A DNA stretch of 64,000 bases from Octopus vulgaris (GCA_951406725.2 OX597835.1:44578001-44642000); one strand, 5' to 3'. Shown: positions 38,631 through 52,300, counted from the first letter of the stretch. The notes: generated by a model not told the origin, from the letters alone. Numbers and translations: made by a program.

Positions 38631-38807
38631 CAAAAACAAACAAAAACATACATATATATATATATATAAATGCGTGAAAGAAGCACTGTGCTTATGTTTA
38701 CGATTCATGAAATGTCAGTGCGATAAATAGAAGCGCTAATCGATGCACCTCATCGATTCTATAGAGGCAACGCTTTTGAAAAATTACCAAGGAACTAAAG
38801 AAGTATG

Positions 38808-39115
38808 AAGGCGCATGACTCAATAACTTGAGCATTGGGCTCACAATCATGAGTTAGTGAGGTCGAATCCTAGTCTGGGTTGTGTGCTGTGCTCGTGAGC
38901 GAGACACTTTATTTCCTGTTGCTAGAGTTCTCTCAGGTGTAGGAATGAATTGTGATGTCAATGACGAAAGGCTGTATCGGACTTCGCGTTTCTCGTGAAC
39001 AACATCGGTGACGTGCATGGGCGAATACTGGTCTTCCATGAACAAACTTGCCTGTATTTCTCTAGGAGCAATCCCCATGGTCATTCATGGCAGAGGCGGG
39101 AGCTCTTCACCTTTT
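38808..39115 (+). mobile_element. tRNA-headed SINE (V-domain-like family), degenerate
   Basis: gaggtcgaatcct B box; gagacactttatttc; homologous to 2938-3250. Confidence 0.65.
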
Positions 39116-39162
39116 ACTTCATACACATACATACATACATTTATATATATATATATATATAT

Positions 39163-39349
39163 ACTCTATTTACTTGTTTCAGTCATTTGACTGCGGCCAT
39201 GCTGGAGCACCGCCTTTAATCGAGCAATTCGACCCCGGGACTTATTCTTTTGTAAGCCCAGTACTTATTCTATCGGTCTCTTTTGCCGAACCGCTAAGTA
39301 ACGGGGACATAAACACTAGGGGACAAACAGAGACACACAAATACACACA

Positions 39350-39351
<2 letters not shown>
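39163..39351 (-). mobile_element. SINE-A 3' half
   Basis: Reverse complement of the SINE-A tail. Confidence 0.85.
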
Positions 39352-39402
<51 letters not shown>

Positions 39403-39688
39403 TTCATGCATATAGTGTATGTGTGTGCAATAACAATCTGATATACTTCTAGTTCACAAAAACCAGTTCAGAGAATCTCTGTGTAATTGATATTACTGAG
39501 TAAAATTGAGTTACTAAATACCAGGGGGGTCGGGATCTCTCTCCCTCGATCTCTTTAAATAATTCAGTAATACTCTGCTTCCAGCCAGCGTCTTTCAAGA
39601 ATTACTGTCTTGCTATTTCGGAAGAATCTATTAGACCAATGTAAAGGTCTATCATCTTTTAATTACATTGTTGATACGAGTTATAAAC

Positions 39689-40240
<552 letters not shown>

Positions 40241-41703
40241 CTATTTCAACAACTGGATGTGGTTAGTCCCTCCCTCGCTGTCTGACAATGACGGTTCTTC
40301 AGTTTCTTGCTGGGCAACCTGTACTAAATGATTGGTTTATTGTAATTGAACGCGTGTTCTTTACATGAGCTCACCCCTTTCAAATCAACTTCTCCTGAAC
40401 GGGTGCCCGGTACAACATGCCAGGTATCCACATGATCAAAAACACAATATGGAAAATGGTTCAGGAATTGAAACTACGATATCACGATCGTGCGGGCAAA
40501 ACCGTAACCACCAAGCCATGCAACTTCACATTTTTAGAAATTATATACAATGCAGATGAAGGTGAAAACCGTAATCGACCTTGCTTATTTAATTCCGTTT
40601 TCTTTGAATTTTGTGGCTCCATGCACATATCCGATCATTTGCTGAAGAAAGAATAAAGAAACCAAACCTATTTTCTGTCGTCCTTTTCATATTTAAGAAA
40701 GAAATATATGTACTGTATCCACGTGAAGGCTAACAAGTTTACGAAAGAAACCTATTATTTTCAATTTCGACAGCATTCATGCACTAGATTATAATACGAA
40801 GACTCATACGTATACATTTTTATATGTGTGTATGTATTACATATTATCCATGTACGTTTGTATGTATGTAAGCATGCATGCATATATGTATGCATGTATG
40901 TACGTATGTGTATATGTATGTATATATATTTTGGGGAGTGCGTGTATGTTTATATGTATCTATATATGTGTGTGTATATATCACTCTATATTCATACACA
41001 TATATATGTATTTATATATCTATGCGTATGTATGTTTTTATAAACATTTCTGCATTGTGTAATATACTGTTGATTGAATGTATATAAGATGCATTCCATT
41101 CTTGGAAGTTTCATTTCAATAGACATTCAATACATGACATCAAATACAGGAACACCACCTTCCTCGCGTCTGCGCAATTTGTAAAAACAAGAGCCAGCTC
41201 ACTGACAGGTGTGTATGTTTGACGACCAGCTACTTCTAATGTTTCTCTTTCATTTCTTTCAGTGAAGTACCCAGTAGACAATCCACCCCTTTTCCAAGTA
41301 AATTGCTGTGCAAACAATTCAATTGTGATTTTCTAAAACATTTTCTATTCTAAGTGTCGCCGTACCACTTCAGGATCGAGCATAAACGCACCTCGCATTT
41401 AAATATTGCGTGACTTCGTTGTTTCATTCTAAACAATTGCGAGGTCGTGACCGATTAATTTCAACAATTACGGCATTTACACAGTTGAAGCACATGCGCA
41501 GACACGCAGACACACCCCCTTACATAAACGTATATCGATAATGTATATGTATGTATATATGGATCTCTCTCTCTCTCTCCCTCTCTCTCTCTCTATATAT
41601 ATATATATATGGATCTATGCATGTGGATATATACATATGTATATAAATATGTGTATATAGATACGTATGAGTACCGATAAAACATTAAATACATGTGTAT
41701 AAT

Positions 41704-41852
<149 letters not shown>

Positions 41853-42683
41853 TATATATATATACATATATCACGGAATGAAGAGAAGCGTCAAGCTGTG
41901 AATGATTGAATTTCTGAAGAGCAAACGAACTTCTTTAGCGATACGTCACTTAAAACAATTTGAACAGGCAATCTTTGTTGTAAGGAAGGATCTATCAGCA
42001 ATCCACTCTCTTATTGCTAATTTCCTTAGTGCTGCTTAGTTTCCGTTTGTACAGTTGATACCCGTCAGCTTTTGCTTTCCTATACTTTTTTTTATTATTT
42101 TCGTTAGTGAAGCTCTAAGAATATTTATTGTGTTCACAGCATTGTGCATTAGAATTTAGCTAATCGTAAGGACCCTCAACCATGCACTTCAAAAGCGTTT
42201 TGTTAAAGCATTGGCTCAATATATGGATTAGATATTTCTGCTCGCATTCCTTTGTCCATTCTACGTTTTAAATATATTTGATATTTTTTTCTCCCTCCAA
42301 TATGCTCAGAATATATACATTTTCCTCCGGGATATTGTTCAATAAAACTGACAACTTTATCGTTAATGACTTTACCACAATATCTGTAATGTCATAAGGG
42401 AAGTATCCAGGAAGGAGGTTATCTTTAATATAATCTCAGAAGGGGTTGAATGTCAAAGTAATAAATATATCTAACTATCCTAAGTTTCACACCATCAAAC
42501 ACGACATCATGGTAGCGATCTCGCATATTGCCCGAAGTTTCTACAACTGATGTTAACAAAATGTCTGCGTGTATGTGTGTCTGTAGAAATATACGACCAA
42601 GTGAAATTAAATTACAAATACTGTCGATTAAATTGGTTATATCTAAATTAAGATTTGGCCTGAATTGCGACGGAGATGCTAAA

Positions 42684-43274
42684 TCTATATACATTAATGA
42701 CAATTTCTGTTTGTGAGTTTGGGAATTCGGTACTTTAACTCCTCGGAGACTATCCAACCTGTCTTGATGAAACTTGACACGTGTGGAACTTATGCCCATG
42801 CGGTCACTTACGTACTTGGAATTTTAAAAAAATTGATAATTTTTAATTAGCATCGATGTTTCAAAAATCAATATGACATTTCAAATCAAATTCGCATATG
42901 AATGCTATTTTCTGCCATAACTTTTAAAGTTTACAATCGATTTTCTTAAAACTTTATATACAGATGGGGTATACGCTAAGGATAGGTTAAGACAGATACA
43001 TTTTTACCGAGGCCACTGAAGCAAAGAGTAAGAGGATTTTTGATTAACTGATTAACGAAATTTGGCCTAAATTTTTATGGGGTCATAATGATAAATTATT
43101 TCAGCATTTTCAGGATGCTGTAACATGTATTTTCTTAACACCTGCACTTAAAATTGTCGGTTCTAGCCGTTGCAATCAATATTTGATTCTCACGATCAGT
43201 GGAACTATACCCATGAAGCACAGTTGTAAACTTAAGTGCCTTTTCTCTAAATATTAAAGTATTACCTCAGCTAG
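42684..43274 (+). mobile_element. Possible old non-autonomous Helitron
   Basis: a|TCtatatacattaatg start, ttgatgaaacttgacac internal motif, CTAG|T end; subterminal hairpin not evident. Confidence 0.4.
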
Positions 43275-43559
43275 TATTCTCTCTATATATAACAAATACC
43301 CAGTACTTATCGGTCCCGTTAATATATATATATATATATATATACACACAAATATAAATATATCTACACACACTCACTCCTACACCCACACCCACACTCA
43401 CACACATGCATACACACATATATCTTGTTCTACTTTTTGTTCTAATTTTATCTCTGATTTGGTATCACCATTGTCCTCTGTCATAACCAAAATCTTAATT
43501 TAATCAGAAAGCATCCAGAAGTTTTCATCCAGTTATACATGTCCCGTAATTTCTTTTCT

Positions 43560-43735
43560 TTCTTTTACTTGAGTCACTCATTACATTGCCGGTCATACTG
43601 GGGCACCGTTTTGAAAAAGTTTCGTCGAAAGTATCAGTCCTAGTAATTATTATGGCTACGAATCTTAATTCTATTGGTCTCTTTTTAACGAAGCGCGATA
43701 TTACGTGGTCGTTCACATACAGGCAACGCTCTTGA
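43560..43735 (-). mobile_element. SINE-A-related 3' half, degenerate
   Basis: cttttacttgagtcactcatt...ggtcatactggggcaccg...ttctattggtctcttttt. Confidence 0.6.
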
Positions 43736-43757
43736 AAATATATATATATATATATAT

Positions 43758-44178
43758 ATAACAATCAAGGAACGGCCATAATAGGCCATTCACCCACTAG
43801 AAATAACAGCCAAAAGCTTTAACCGCAAAATAACATTAATTCCGTAAACCAGCAGAAAATTGAAAAACATTTACCCTGTAATTTCTTAGACGATGCACCG
43901 TTTCATCTACCGTTTAATGGTAAACTAACCTGATTAAATTAAATAAAGCCAATCCACCATAGGCCCTTAGACTCATCAGTAAGAAATAGCCAAGTCGGAA
44001 CAGATATTTTTCACGAGGCATTCCTCTTGCTACCTCGGCAATATCTGACCTAAAATTTTCAAATCGTCGCACTCGCGCCGAATTTATCGGCAGCAAATAA
44101 ATATAAGCCACCGATTCCATTACGGAACTAACCAGAAAATTCATAATTAATCAATATAGGGTGGCAAAAAAATTTTGC
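43758..44178 (-). mobile_element. Inverted partial copy of the 490-bp retrozyme-like unit
   Basis: Reverse complement of the array unit with about 3 substitutions; begins at (TA)n. Confidence 0.9.
43881..43987 (-). ncRNA. Type I hammerhead ribozyme
   Basis: Reverse complement of 44229-44335. Confidence 0.8.
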
Positions 44179-44228
44179 CGAGGTAGCTAGAGGAATGCCT
44201 CGTGAAAAATATCTGTTCCGACTTGGCT

Positions 44229-44335
44229 ATTTCTTACTGATGAGTCTAAGGGCCTATGGTGGATTGGCTTGATTTAATTTAATCAGGTTAGTTTACCATT
44301 AAACGGTAGATGAAACGGTGCATCGTCTAAGAAAT
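44229..44335 (+). ncRNA. Type I hammerhead ribozyme, unit 1
   Basis: atttctta-CUGAUGA-gtcta...tagat-GAAA-cggtgcatc-GUC-taagaaat: 8-bp stem I, extended stem II, quasi-palindromic stem III; predicted cleavage after 44327. Confidence 0.85.
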
Positions 44336-44718
44336 TACAGGGTAAATGTTTTTCAATTTTCTCCTGGTTTACGGAATTAATGTTATTTTGCGGTTAAAGC
44401 TTTTGGCTGTTATTTCTAGTGGGTGAATGGCCTATTATGGCCGTTCCTTGATTGTTATGTTGAACTTAAAAATGGTTTATGACTATTTAATTTTTTCCCA
44501 CTAGGCCGCTGGTGGCAAAAGAATTCTGCAAAATTTTTTTGCCACCCTATATTGATTAATTATGAATTTTCTTGTTAGTTCCGTAATGGAATCGGTGGCT
44601 TATATTTATTTGCTGCCGATAAATTTGGCGCGAGTGCGACGATTTGAAAATTTTAGGTCAGATATTGCCGAGGTAGCAAGAGGAATGCCTCGTGAAAAAT
44701 ATCTGTTCCGACTTGGCT

Positions 44719-44825
44719 ATTTCTTACTGATGAGTCTAAGGGCCTATGGTGGATTGGCTTGATTTAATTTAATCAGGTTAGTTTACCATTAAACGGTAGA
44801 TGAAACGGTGCATCGTCTAAGAAAT
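44719..44825 (+). ncRNA. Type I hammerhead ribozyme, unit 2
   Basis: Identical to 44229-44335. Confidence 0.85.
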
Positions 44826-45208
44826 TACAGGGTAAATGTTTTTCAATTTTCTCCTGGTTTACGGAATTAATGTTATTTTGCGGTTAAAGCTTTTGGCTGT
44901 TATTTCTAGTGGGTGAATGGCCTATTATGGCCGTTCCTTGATTGTTATGTTGAACTTAAAAATGGTTTATGACTATTTAATTTTTTCCCACTAGGCCGCT
45001 GGTGGCAAAAGAATTCTACAAAATTTTTTTGCCACCCTATATTGATTAATTATGAATTTTCTGGTTAGTTCCGTAATGGAATCGGTGGCTTATATTTATT
45101 TGCTGCCGATAAATTTGGCGCGAGTGCGACGATTTGAAAATTTTAGGTCAGATATTGCCGAGGTAGCAAGAGGAATGCCTCGTGAAAAATATCTGTTCCG
45201 ACTTGGCT

Positions 45209-45315
45209 ATTTCTTACTGATGAGTCTAAGGGCCTATGGTGGATTGGCTTGATTTAATTTAATCAGGTTAGTTTACCATTAAACGGTAGATGAAACGGTG
45301 CATCGTCTAAGAAAT
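45209..45315 (+). ncRNA. Type I hammerhead ribozyme, unit 3
   Basis: Identical to 44229-44335. Confidence 0.85.
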
Positions 45316-45698
45316 TACAGGGTAAATGTTTTTCAATTTTCTCCTGGTTTACGGAATTAATGTTATTTTGCGGTTAAAGCTTTTGGCTGTTATTTCTAGT
45401 GGGTGAATGGCCTATTATGGCCGTTCCTTGATTGTTATGTTGAACTTAAAAATGGTTTATGACTATTTAATTTTTTCCCACTAGGCCGCTGGTGGCAAAA
45501 GAATTCTACAAAATTTTTTTGCCACCCTATATTGATTAATTATGAATTTTCTGGTTAGTTCCGTAATGGAATCGGTGGCTTATATTTATTTGCTGCCGAT
45601 AAATTTGGCGCGAGTGCGACGATTTGAAAATTTTAGGTCAGATATTGCCGAGGTAGCAAGAGGAATGCCTCGTGAAAAATATCTGTTCCGACTTGGCT

Positions 45699-45805
45699 AT
45701 TTCTTACTGATGAGTCTAAGGGCCTATGGTGGATTGGCTTGATTTAATTTAATCAGGTTAGTTTACCATTAAACGGTAGATGAAACGGTGCATCGTCTAA
45801 GAAAT
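45699..45805 (+). ncRNA. Type I hammerhead ribozyme, unit 4
   Basis: Identical to 44229-44335. Confidence 0.85.
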
Positions 45806-46026
45806 TACAGGGTAAATGTTTTTCAATTTTCTCCTGGTTTACGGAATTAATGTTATTTTGCGGTTAAAGCTTTTGGCTGTTATTTCTAGTGGGTGAATGG
45901 CCTATTATGGCCGTTCCTTGATTGTTATGTTGAACTTAAAAATGGTTTATGACTATTTAATTTTTTCCCACTAGGCCGCTGGTGGCAAAAGAATTCTACA
46001 AAATTTTTTTGCCACCCTATATTGAT

Positions 46027-46068
<42 letters not shown>

Positions 46069-46073
<5 letters not shown>

Positions 46074-46680
46074 GAATCTTTGAAAATGCAATTTTAAAAG
46101 ATGTTTATTCACCGGTTTCACTTTTTTAGAAAGAGATTGTCAAAAGTAACATTTAAAAACTTTGTTGTGTTAGGTACTGGTTGACACAAAATATTACAAT
46201 ACATATATACATACTTTGAGAATAATAAGAACATGTTAAAAACAGGTTAGAAGGAAAAATCTTGGGAAAATATAAAAAAGTTCATTAAAATATTGGGCAC
46301 AACAAATTACAATACATATCTATACATTCTTTGATAATAATAAGAATTTTTTTGAGAAATTATTAACAAGTTCATAAAACCTATTAGGATTTCATTCTAA
46401 ATCATGTTTTTTGGGAAGTATCTATATATACGCACAGAAAATTATAAGTTCAAAAAGGCCATATTTTGGTAGTATATATACATACACAGAAAGATATATT
46501 TAGTTTACAAAGAATATGGGATGAACTGACATGTTTCACAATTTTATCGTAAAAGACTATTTTCTATTTCAAGGGACAGTTTAGCAAATGTGTTTGGGTG
46601 GGAGGAAGGAAGAGCAATGTGAAATTGAAAAGAAGTTGAGTGGTTATGGGGATCGGTCTTTAGAGGACAGAATGGTGTGA
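46069..46680 (-). mobile_element. Possible decayed PLE 3' region
   Basis: Minus strand ttgacaat...gtGAAACCGGTgaataaa near the (TA)n; upstream remnant resembling CxLxLxEK; weak. Confidence 0.3.
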
Positions 46681-47480
46681 GTGTGTGTCTGTGAGTGTGT
46701 ATATATATATATACGTGTTTGTGTTTGTGTGTGTCGGCGGTTTTTGATTGGTCCCAGGGTTTATTGTGGTGTATGTAAATGTACCTGTGTGTGTTTAGTA
46801 TTTGGTAGGATGGTGTGTGTGCATGTGTGCACGTTTGTGTGTGTGTGTGTATGTGTGTGGTTAATATTTGTTAAGGTGTTGTGTGTGCACTAGTGTGTGT
46901 ATGTTTTTGTTCGCATGTGTGCATGTGTGCGTCTGTTGTGTTGTGTATGTGTGTGTGTATTTATGTGTGTGATTGGTATTTGTTATAGTGTTGTGTGTTG
47001 GGCTTATCTGGGTGGTATGTATGTGTGTGTATATGCGTTTTGTGTATGCTGGTATTGAGTATGCGTTTGTGTGTGTTTGTATATATGTGGGTACGGTTTA
47101 TGTAGTTCTGTAGATTCCGTGTGTGTGTGTGTGTGTTGCATTTGTGAGTACTTTGTTTTGTTTGTATTGTTAGTGCAATGCGTGCGTATACGTGTAGGTG
47201 TGTTTGTGTGGGTGTTTCTATGTGTCTTGTATTTGTCGGGAAGGTGTGTGTCATTGTGTGTGTGTGTGTATGCTTGCGTGTATGTATGTTTGTGAATGTT
47301 TGTTGTGGTTGTTGTGATTGTAATGTGAGTGTGTGTGTTTTTCTTTTGAATGTGTGTGTGTGTGTGTGATATTATTACTGGTGTACGGGCGTATTGTGTG
47401 TGTGTACCGGTGTGCATAAATGTGTGTGTGTTTGTGTGAATGTGATTTGTAATTTCGGGGTGGTGTGTGTAGGTGTGTGC
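46681..47480. repeat. Degenerate (GT)-rich low-complexity tract
   Basis: Direct observation. Confidence 0.85.
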
Positions 47481-47483
47481 ATA

Positions 47484-47627
<144 letters not shown>

Positions 47628-47639
47628 TATATATATGTA

Positions 47640-47838
47640 TTTCTTTACTACCCACAAGGGGCTAAACACAGAGGGGACAAACAAGGACAGACAAAGGGAT
47701 TAAGTTGATTACATAGACCCCAGTGCGAAACTGGCACTTTATTTATCGACCTAGAAAGGATGAAAGGCAAAGTTGACCTCGGCGGATTTTAAACTCAGAA
47801 CGTAACGGCGTGCTAACGTTTCTGCCAGCTCGCCGCAT
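47640..47838 (-). mobile_element. tRNA-headed SINE family B
   Basis: Minus strand gcggcgagctggcagaaacgttagcacg...ttctgagtttaaaatccgccgaggtcaactttgcctttcatcctttc. Confidence 0.75.
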
Positions 47839-47919
47839 TTACCTTTATATATGCGCGCGTGTGTGTGTGTGTGTTTGTGTGTGTGTCTTTGTGTAAAATT
47901 GTAAAATGTAAAAAGCCTC

Positions 47920-48113
47920 GCTTCGGTCTTGAATGTCCCTGGAAAAAACACCGAGAAAGTTCCCCTACGAGGCACAATCCGGGCAAGGTTGTTTATGGAA
48001 GACCAGCAGTTCGCCCATGTATACCAGTCTCCCTTCTCCATCTTTATCCAAGGGAAGAGCAAATGCTGATACAGCATAGCAACAGTGACGTCGCCATTCA
48101 TTTATACAGCTGA
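47920..48113 (-). mobile_element. 3' part of the V-domain-like SINE
   Basis: gggcaaggttgtttatggaagaccag is shared with 2938-3250. Confidence 0.65.
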
Positions 48114-48404
48114 AAACGAAAAAACAAATTCAGTTAGCAAGCCACTACAGTGAATCGAGCGCCGTACCTCTCAAACGTCGCTTAGGTTCTCTGTACCATT
48201 AAGATATGCAAACCATGACACGGACACGCTCTTCTATGACAATAAATATGTTAAATCGAGAAAAATGATTTGATTTGTCAAAATGGTCATCTTTTTTTCG
48301 TCACTTAAAGCCACGAAAAATCTTTTATAGTTACAATATTTTGACGAGGTTTTCACCCTAAGCTTCATCTCGTAGAGCCCCGCTTTTCATTTGAGAACTA
48401 CTAT

Positions 48405-48815
48405 TCACTCTTTTACTCCTTTACTTGTTTCAGTCATTTGACTGTGGGCATCCTGGAGCACCACCAGGACTTATTCTTTGTAAGCCTAGTACTTATTCTA
48501 TCGGTCTCTTAAGCCGAACCGCTATGTTACGGGGACGTAAACACACCAGCATCGGTTGTCAAGTGATGTTGGGGGGACAAACACAGATACACAAACATAC
48601 ACACACACACACACACACACTCATATGTATATATATATATATACATATATACGACGGGCTTCTTTCAGTTTCCGTCTACCAAATCCACTCACAAGGCTTT
48701 GGTCGGTCCGAGGCTATAGTAGAAGACACATGCCCAAGGTGCCACGCAATGGGACTGAGCCCGGAGTCATGTGGTTGGTAAGCAAGCTACTTACCACACA
48801 GCCATTCCTGCGCCT
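48405..48815 (-). mobile_element. SINE-A
   Basis: Reverse complement of the full SINE-A. Confidence 0.9.
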
Positions 48816-49238
48816 ATTCTTTAGTTTTCTTTTACAATAGCTGAGATATTCTGATTCAAAATCAATTTGCGGGTTTCTTACTATTCTTTTTGTCACTTAA
48901 CACTATTTTTTCGTATCTAATATTTTGTACGAAATTTTCCCCAAAAGATTCTTCATGAGCCCATTATTTTTAAAGAATTACTTTATACTTTCCTTTTTAA
49001 AATAACCGATACATTTTGACTGAAAATCAATTACTCTCCCATTTTTGACTTATTTTGTAATTAACCAAATTTCAGTTATTTTATCACAAAATGTAGATGA
49101 AGATTGGATAACCATTGCTAAAAGAACCGCATTCAATTCGGCTGAGAACTGAATTAGTGATGACATTCGAAGTACTCATGAAAACTAAAAGTCGGACCGT
49201 ACCGTACCAATATATACACCCACTGCCTTGGGTGAATG

Positions 49239-49298
<60 letters not shown>

Positions 49299-49302
<4 letters not shown>

Positions 49303-49860
49303 TCGGGGTGAGTACTTGATAATTATAAGCACCTGTGTATACCGTTTGGTGGTGTAGGTGGTGGAGTAAATTGATCAAAATAAAAACATGATGCGAAGGA
49401 TTCAGCGGTACATATGTTTCGGGCCTTTATTAGACAGATTTATAACAATGCATAATGTATGTCTGTGGCCTTCTTCAGCCGCGCACAACAGCTTCCACAA
49501 GGACATGTGTTACATCAAAAATTCTTGGTTGGGGATGCAAATCCTCTCATTCGCGTACGACATAATGCGGCAGCAGCATAGAATTGAAGCGTCCATCTCT
49601 TTCTTCTCTCAATGTAGAAAGGAGAAAGAGATGGACGCTTCAATTCTATGCTGCTGCCGCATTATGTCGTACGCGAATGAGAGGATTTGCATCCCCAACC
49701 AAGAATTTTTGATGTAACACATGTCCTTGTGGAAGCTGTTGTGCGCGGCTGAAGAAGGCCACAGACATACATTATGCATTGTTATAAATCTGTCTAATAA
49801 AGGCCCGAAACATATGTACCGCTGAATCCTTCGCATCATGTTTTTATTTTGATCAATTTA
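49299..49860. mobile_element. PLE-type inverted duplication in (TA)n: 238-bp arms (49367-49604 and 49623-49860), 18-bp spacer
   Basis: Arms are reverse complements with no mismatch seen; (TA)n on both sides. Confidence 0.9.
49745..49822 (+). ncRNA. Type I hammerhead ribozyme motif (mirror copy at 49405-49482, minus strand)
   Basis: gcgg-CUGAAGA-a ggcc acaga...tctgt...ggcc c-GAAA-catat-GUA-ccgc; palindromic stem III acatatgt. Confidence 0.75.
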
Positions 49861-50471
49861 TATATATATATAGATAGATAGATAGATAGACAGATAGATA
49901 GATACACATATAAACGTTCACACAAACACATACATACATAACTACACAACGACGAACTCACGCAGCAATACACATGGACAATTAGGAAATATAATGCATT
50001 TCAACTTCGCTGAAATTCCTAAACTTGTTTTATCTTGTAAAGATCAGTCCTGATCAATCATACGAATAATCCAGAAAAAAACGTCCATGGCGTGACCATC
50101 TCGTGGACTTTCCTATATTTGACAACTCTGCAAACCCCCGCGCTTCATTTCAATAATTTAGGCGTCAGGGTGAGATATGGAGATATGACTGCTGTTTCTA
50201 GCATATGAGATGACCACATAAAGCCAGATTTTTTCAGCTGGTGTATTTCATATACGTGTAATTATTACGATATCTTTCTTCCATTATTAAAACATAATTC
50301 CCAACCACATCGACATATAAACTCATACGACATCTAACCATATTGACATCTGAATACATACTCCAACGGGCTCATAAAACACTCCATAACCATATAGTAA
50401 ACAGGGTATATTCACACATTCATAAACACACACGAAACGCACGCTTAAGCCGCATACATATACATACATAC

Positions 50472-50990
<519 letters not shown>

Positions 50991-51391
50991 TACATCCATA
51001 CAGATTTATATCCGGAGATCCATATATATATATATGAACACACGGTCCGTAATGCACACTCCACCAAAGACAATTTCTCATTGTAAATAAGTTTATGTCG
51101 GAATAATATGAAATAAGACAGACATCACGAACATTTTCTTCGACAGTAAACAAAACAAAAAAATAGTAAATGAATAAAATAAACGAATGAGTAAAAAGAA
51201 CGGTGAAAGGTGGAAAGAAATTCACCCTTTAACACATGTATTGATTTCAGTGATTGCTAAGACATATACAACCTTAGATTTATAGACGAGAGGAAATGGA
51301 ATTGCATCTCACAGAGAATAAAGTAAAACAGCCCACACGATTAGACGTGTTCGCAAGCCTGTTGATGTTATGATATTCTACTTGTGGATTG

Positions 51392-51477
<86 letters not shown>

Positions 51478-51877
51478 GTTTGGAGCTTGTATAAATCAAT
51501 ATCTTGCCATCCTTATCAGGTATTAGCATTACTGTTTCTTTGTATAGACATACGGTCTGCGTGTGTATATTCATGGATGGGTGTGCGTCTCTGTCTGTCT
51601 GTCTTGTCTATCTGTCTTTCGACCTCTCTCGCTTCAAATATGCATACGTGTGTGTGTATGTGTGTGTGCGTGTGTGTATGTGTGTGTGTGAAACAATAAT
51701 TCAGAAAGATATGGAAAATCATAGTAAGTTAAATAAAACAGGTAATCCTGCTGTATCCAATAAATCACATTCTAGGATCTCGCTTATACCTTTCTCACTT
51801 CATCATTCCTGCATTGTCTGACTGCCTGTCTGCCTGTGTGTCTGTCTATCTGTCTGCCTACCTACCTACATACCTAC

Positions 51878-52005
<128 letters not shown>

Positions 52006-52151
52006 TTATCTATCTATCTATCTAATTATTAGTATCTCTATGTTAATATTTCTCTTTATCGATCTCTCCACTTCTCTCTCCTCATGTATGTGTGTGCGTG
52101 TATGTTTGCATGTATGTATATATATTTATATATACATATACATACATAATA

Positions 52152-52196
<45 letters not shown>

Positions 52197-52216
52197 TGTA
52201 TATATATATATATATG

Positions 52217-52300
<84 letters not shown>

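Larger units (their letters stand above)
44175..46029 (+). repeat. Tandem array of a 490-bp unit (about 3.8 copies), retrozyme-like
   Basis: Units start at 44175, 44665, 45155 and 45645; only a few substitutions between copies; ends at (TA)n. Confidence 0.95.

Noticed and set aside
44562-45742. Repeated 66-aa ORF MNFLVSSVMES... in the 490-bp unit
   Set aside because: No recognisable domain, overlaps the ribozyme, and its stop codon is not conserved in the inverted copy (76 aa); RNA structure explains the sequence better
44175-46029. CRISPR array or rDNA/5S-type tandem gene
   Set aside because: No short repeat with unique spacers, no cas genes, eukaryotic context, and no rRNA, 5S or snRNA similarity recognised
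49388-49839. Two identical ORFs MMRRIQRYICFG... on opposite strands
   Set aside because: Consequence of the inverted repeat; they read antisense to the hammerhead
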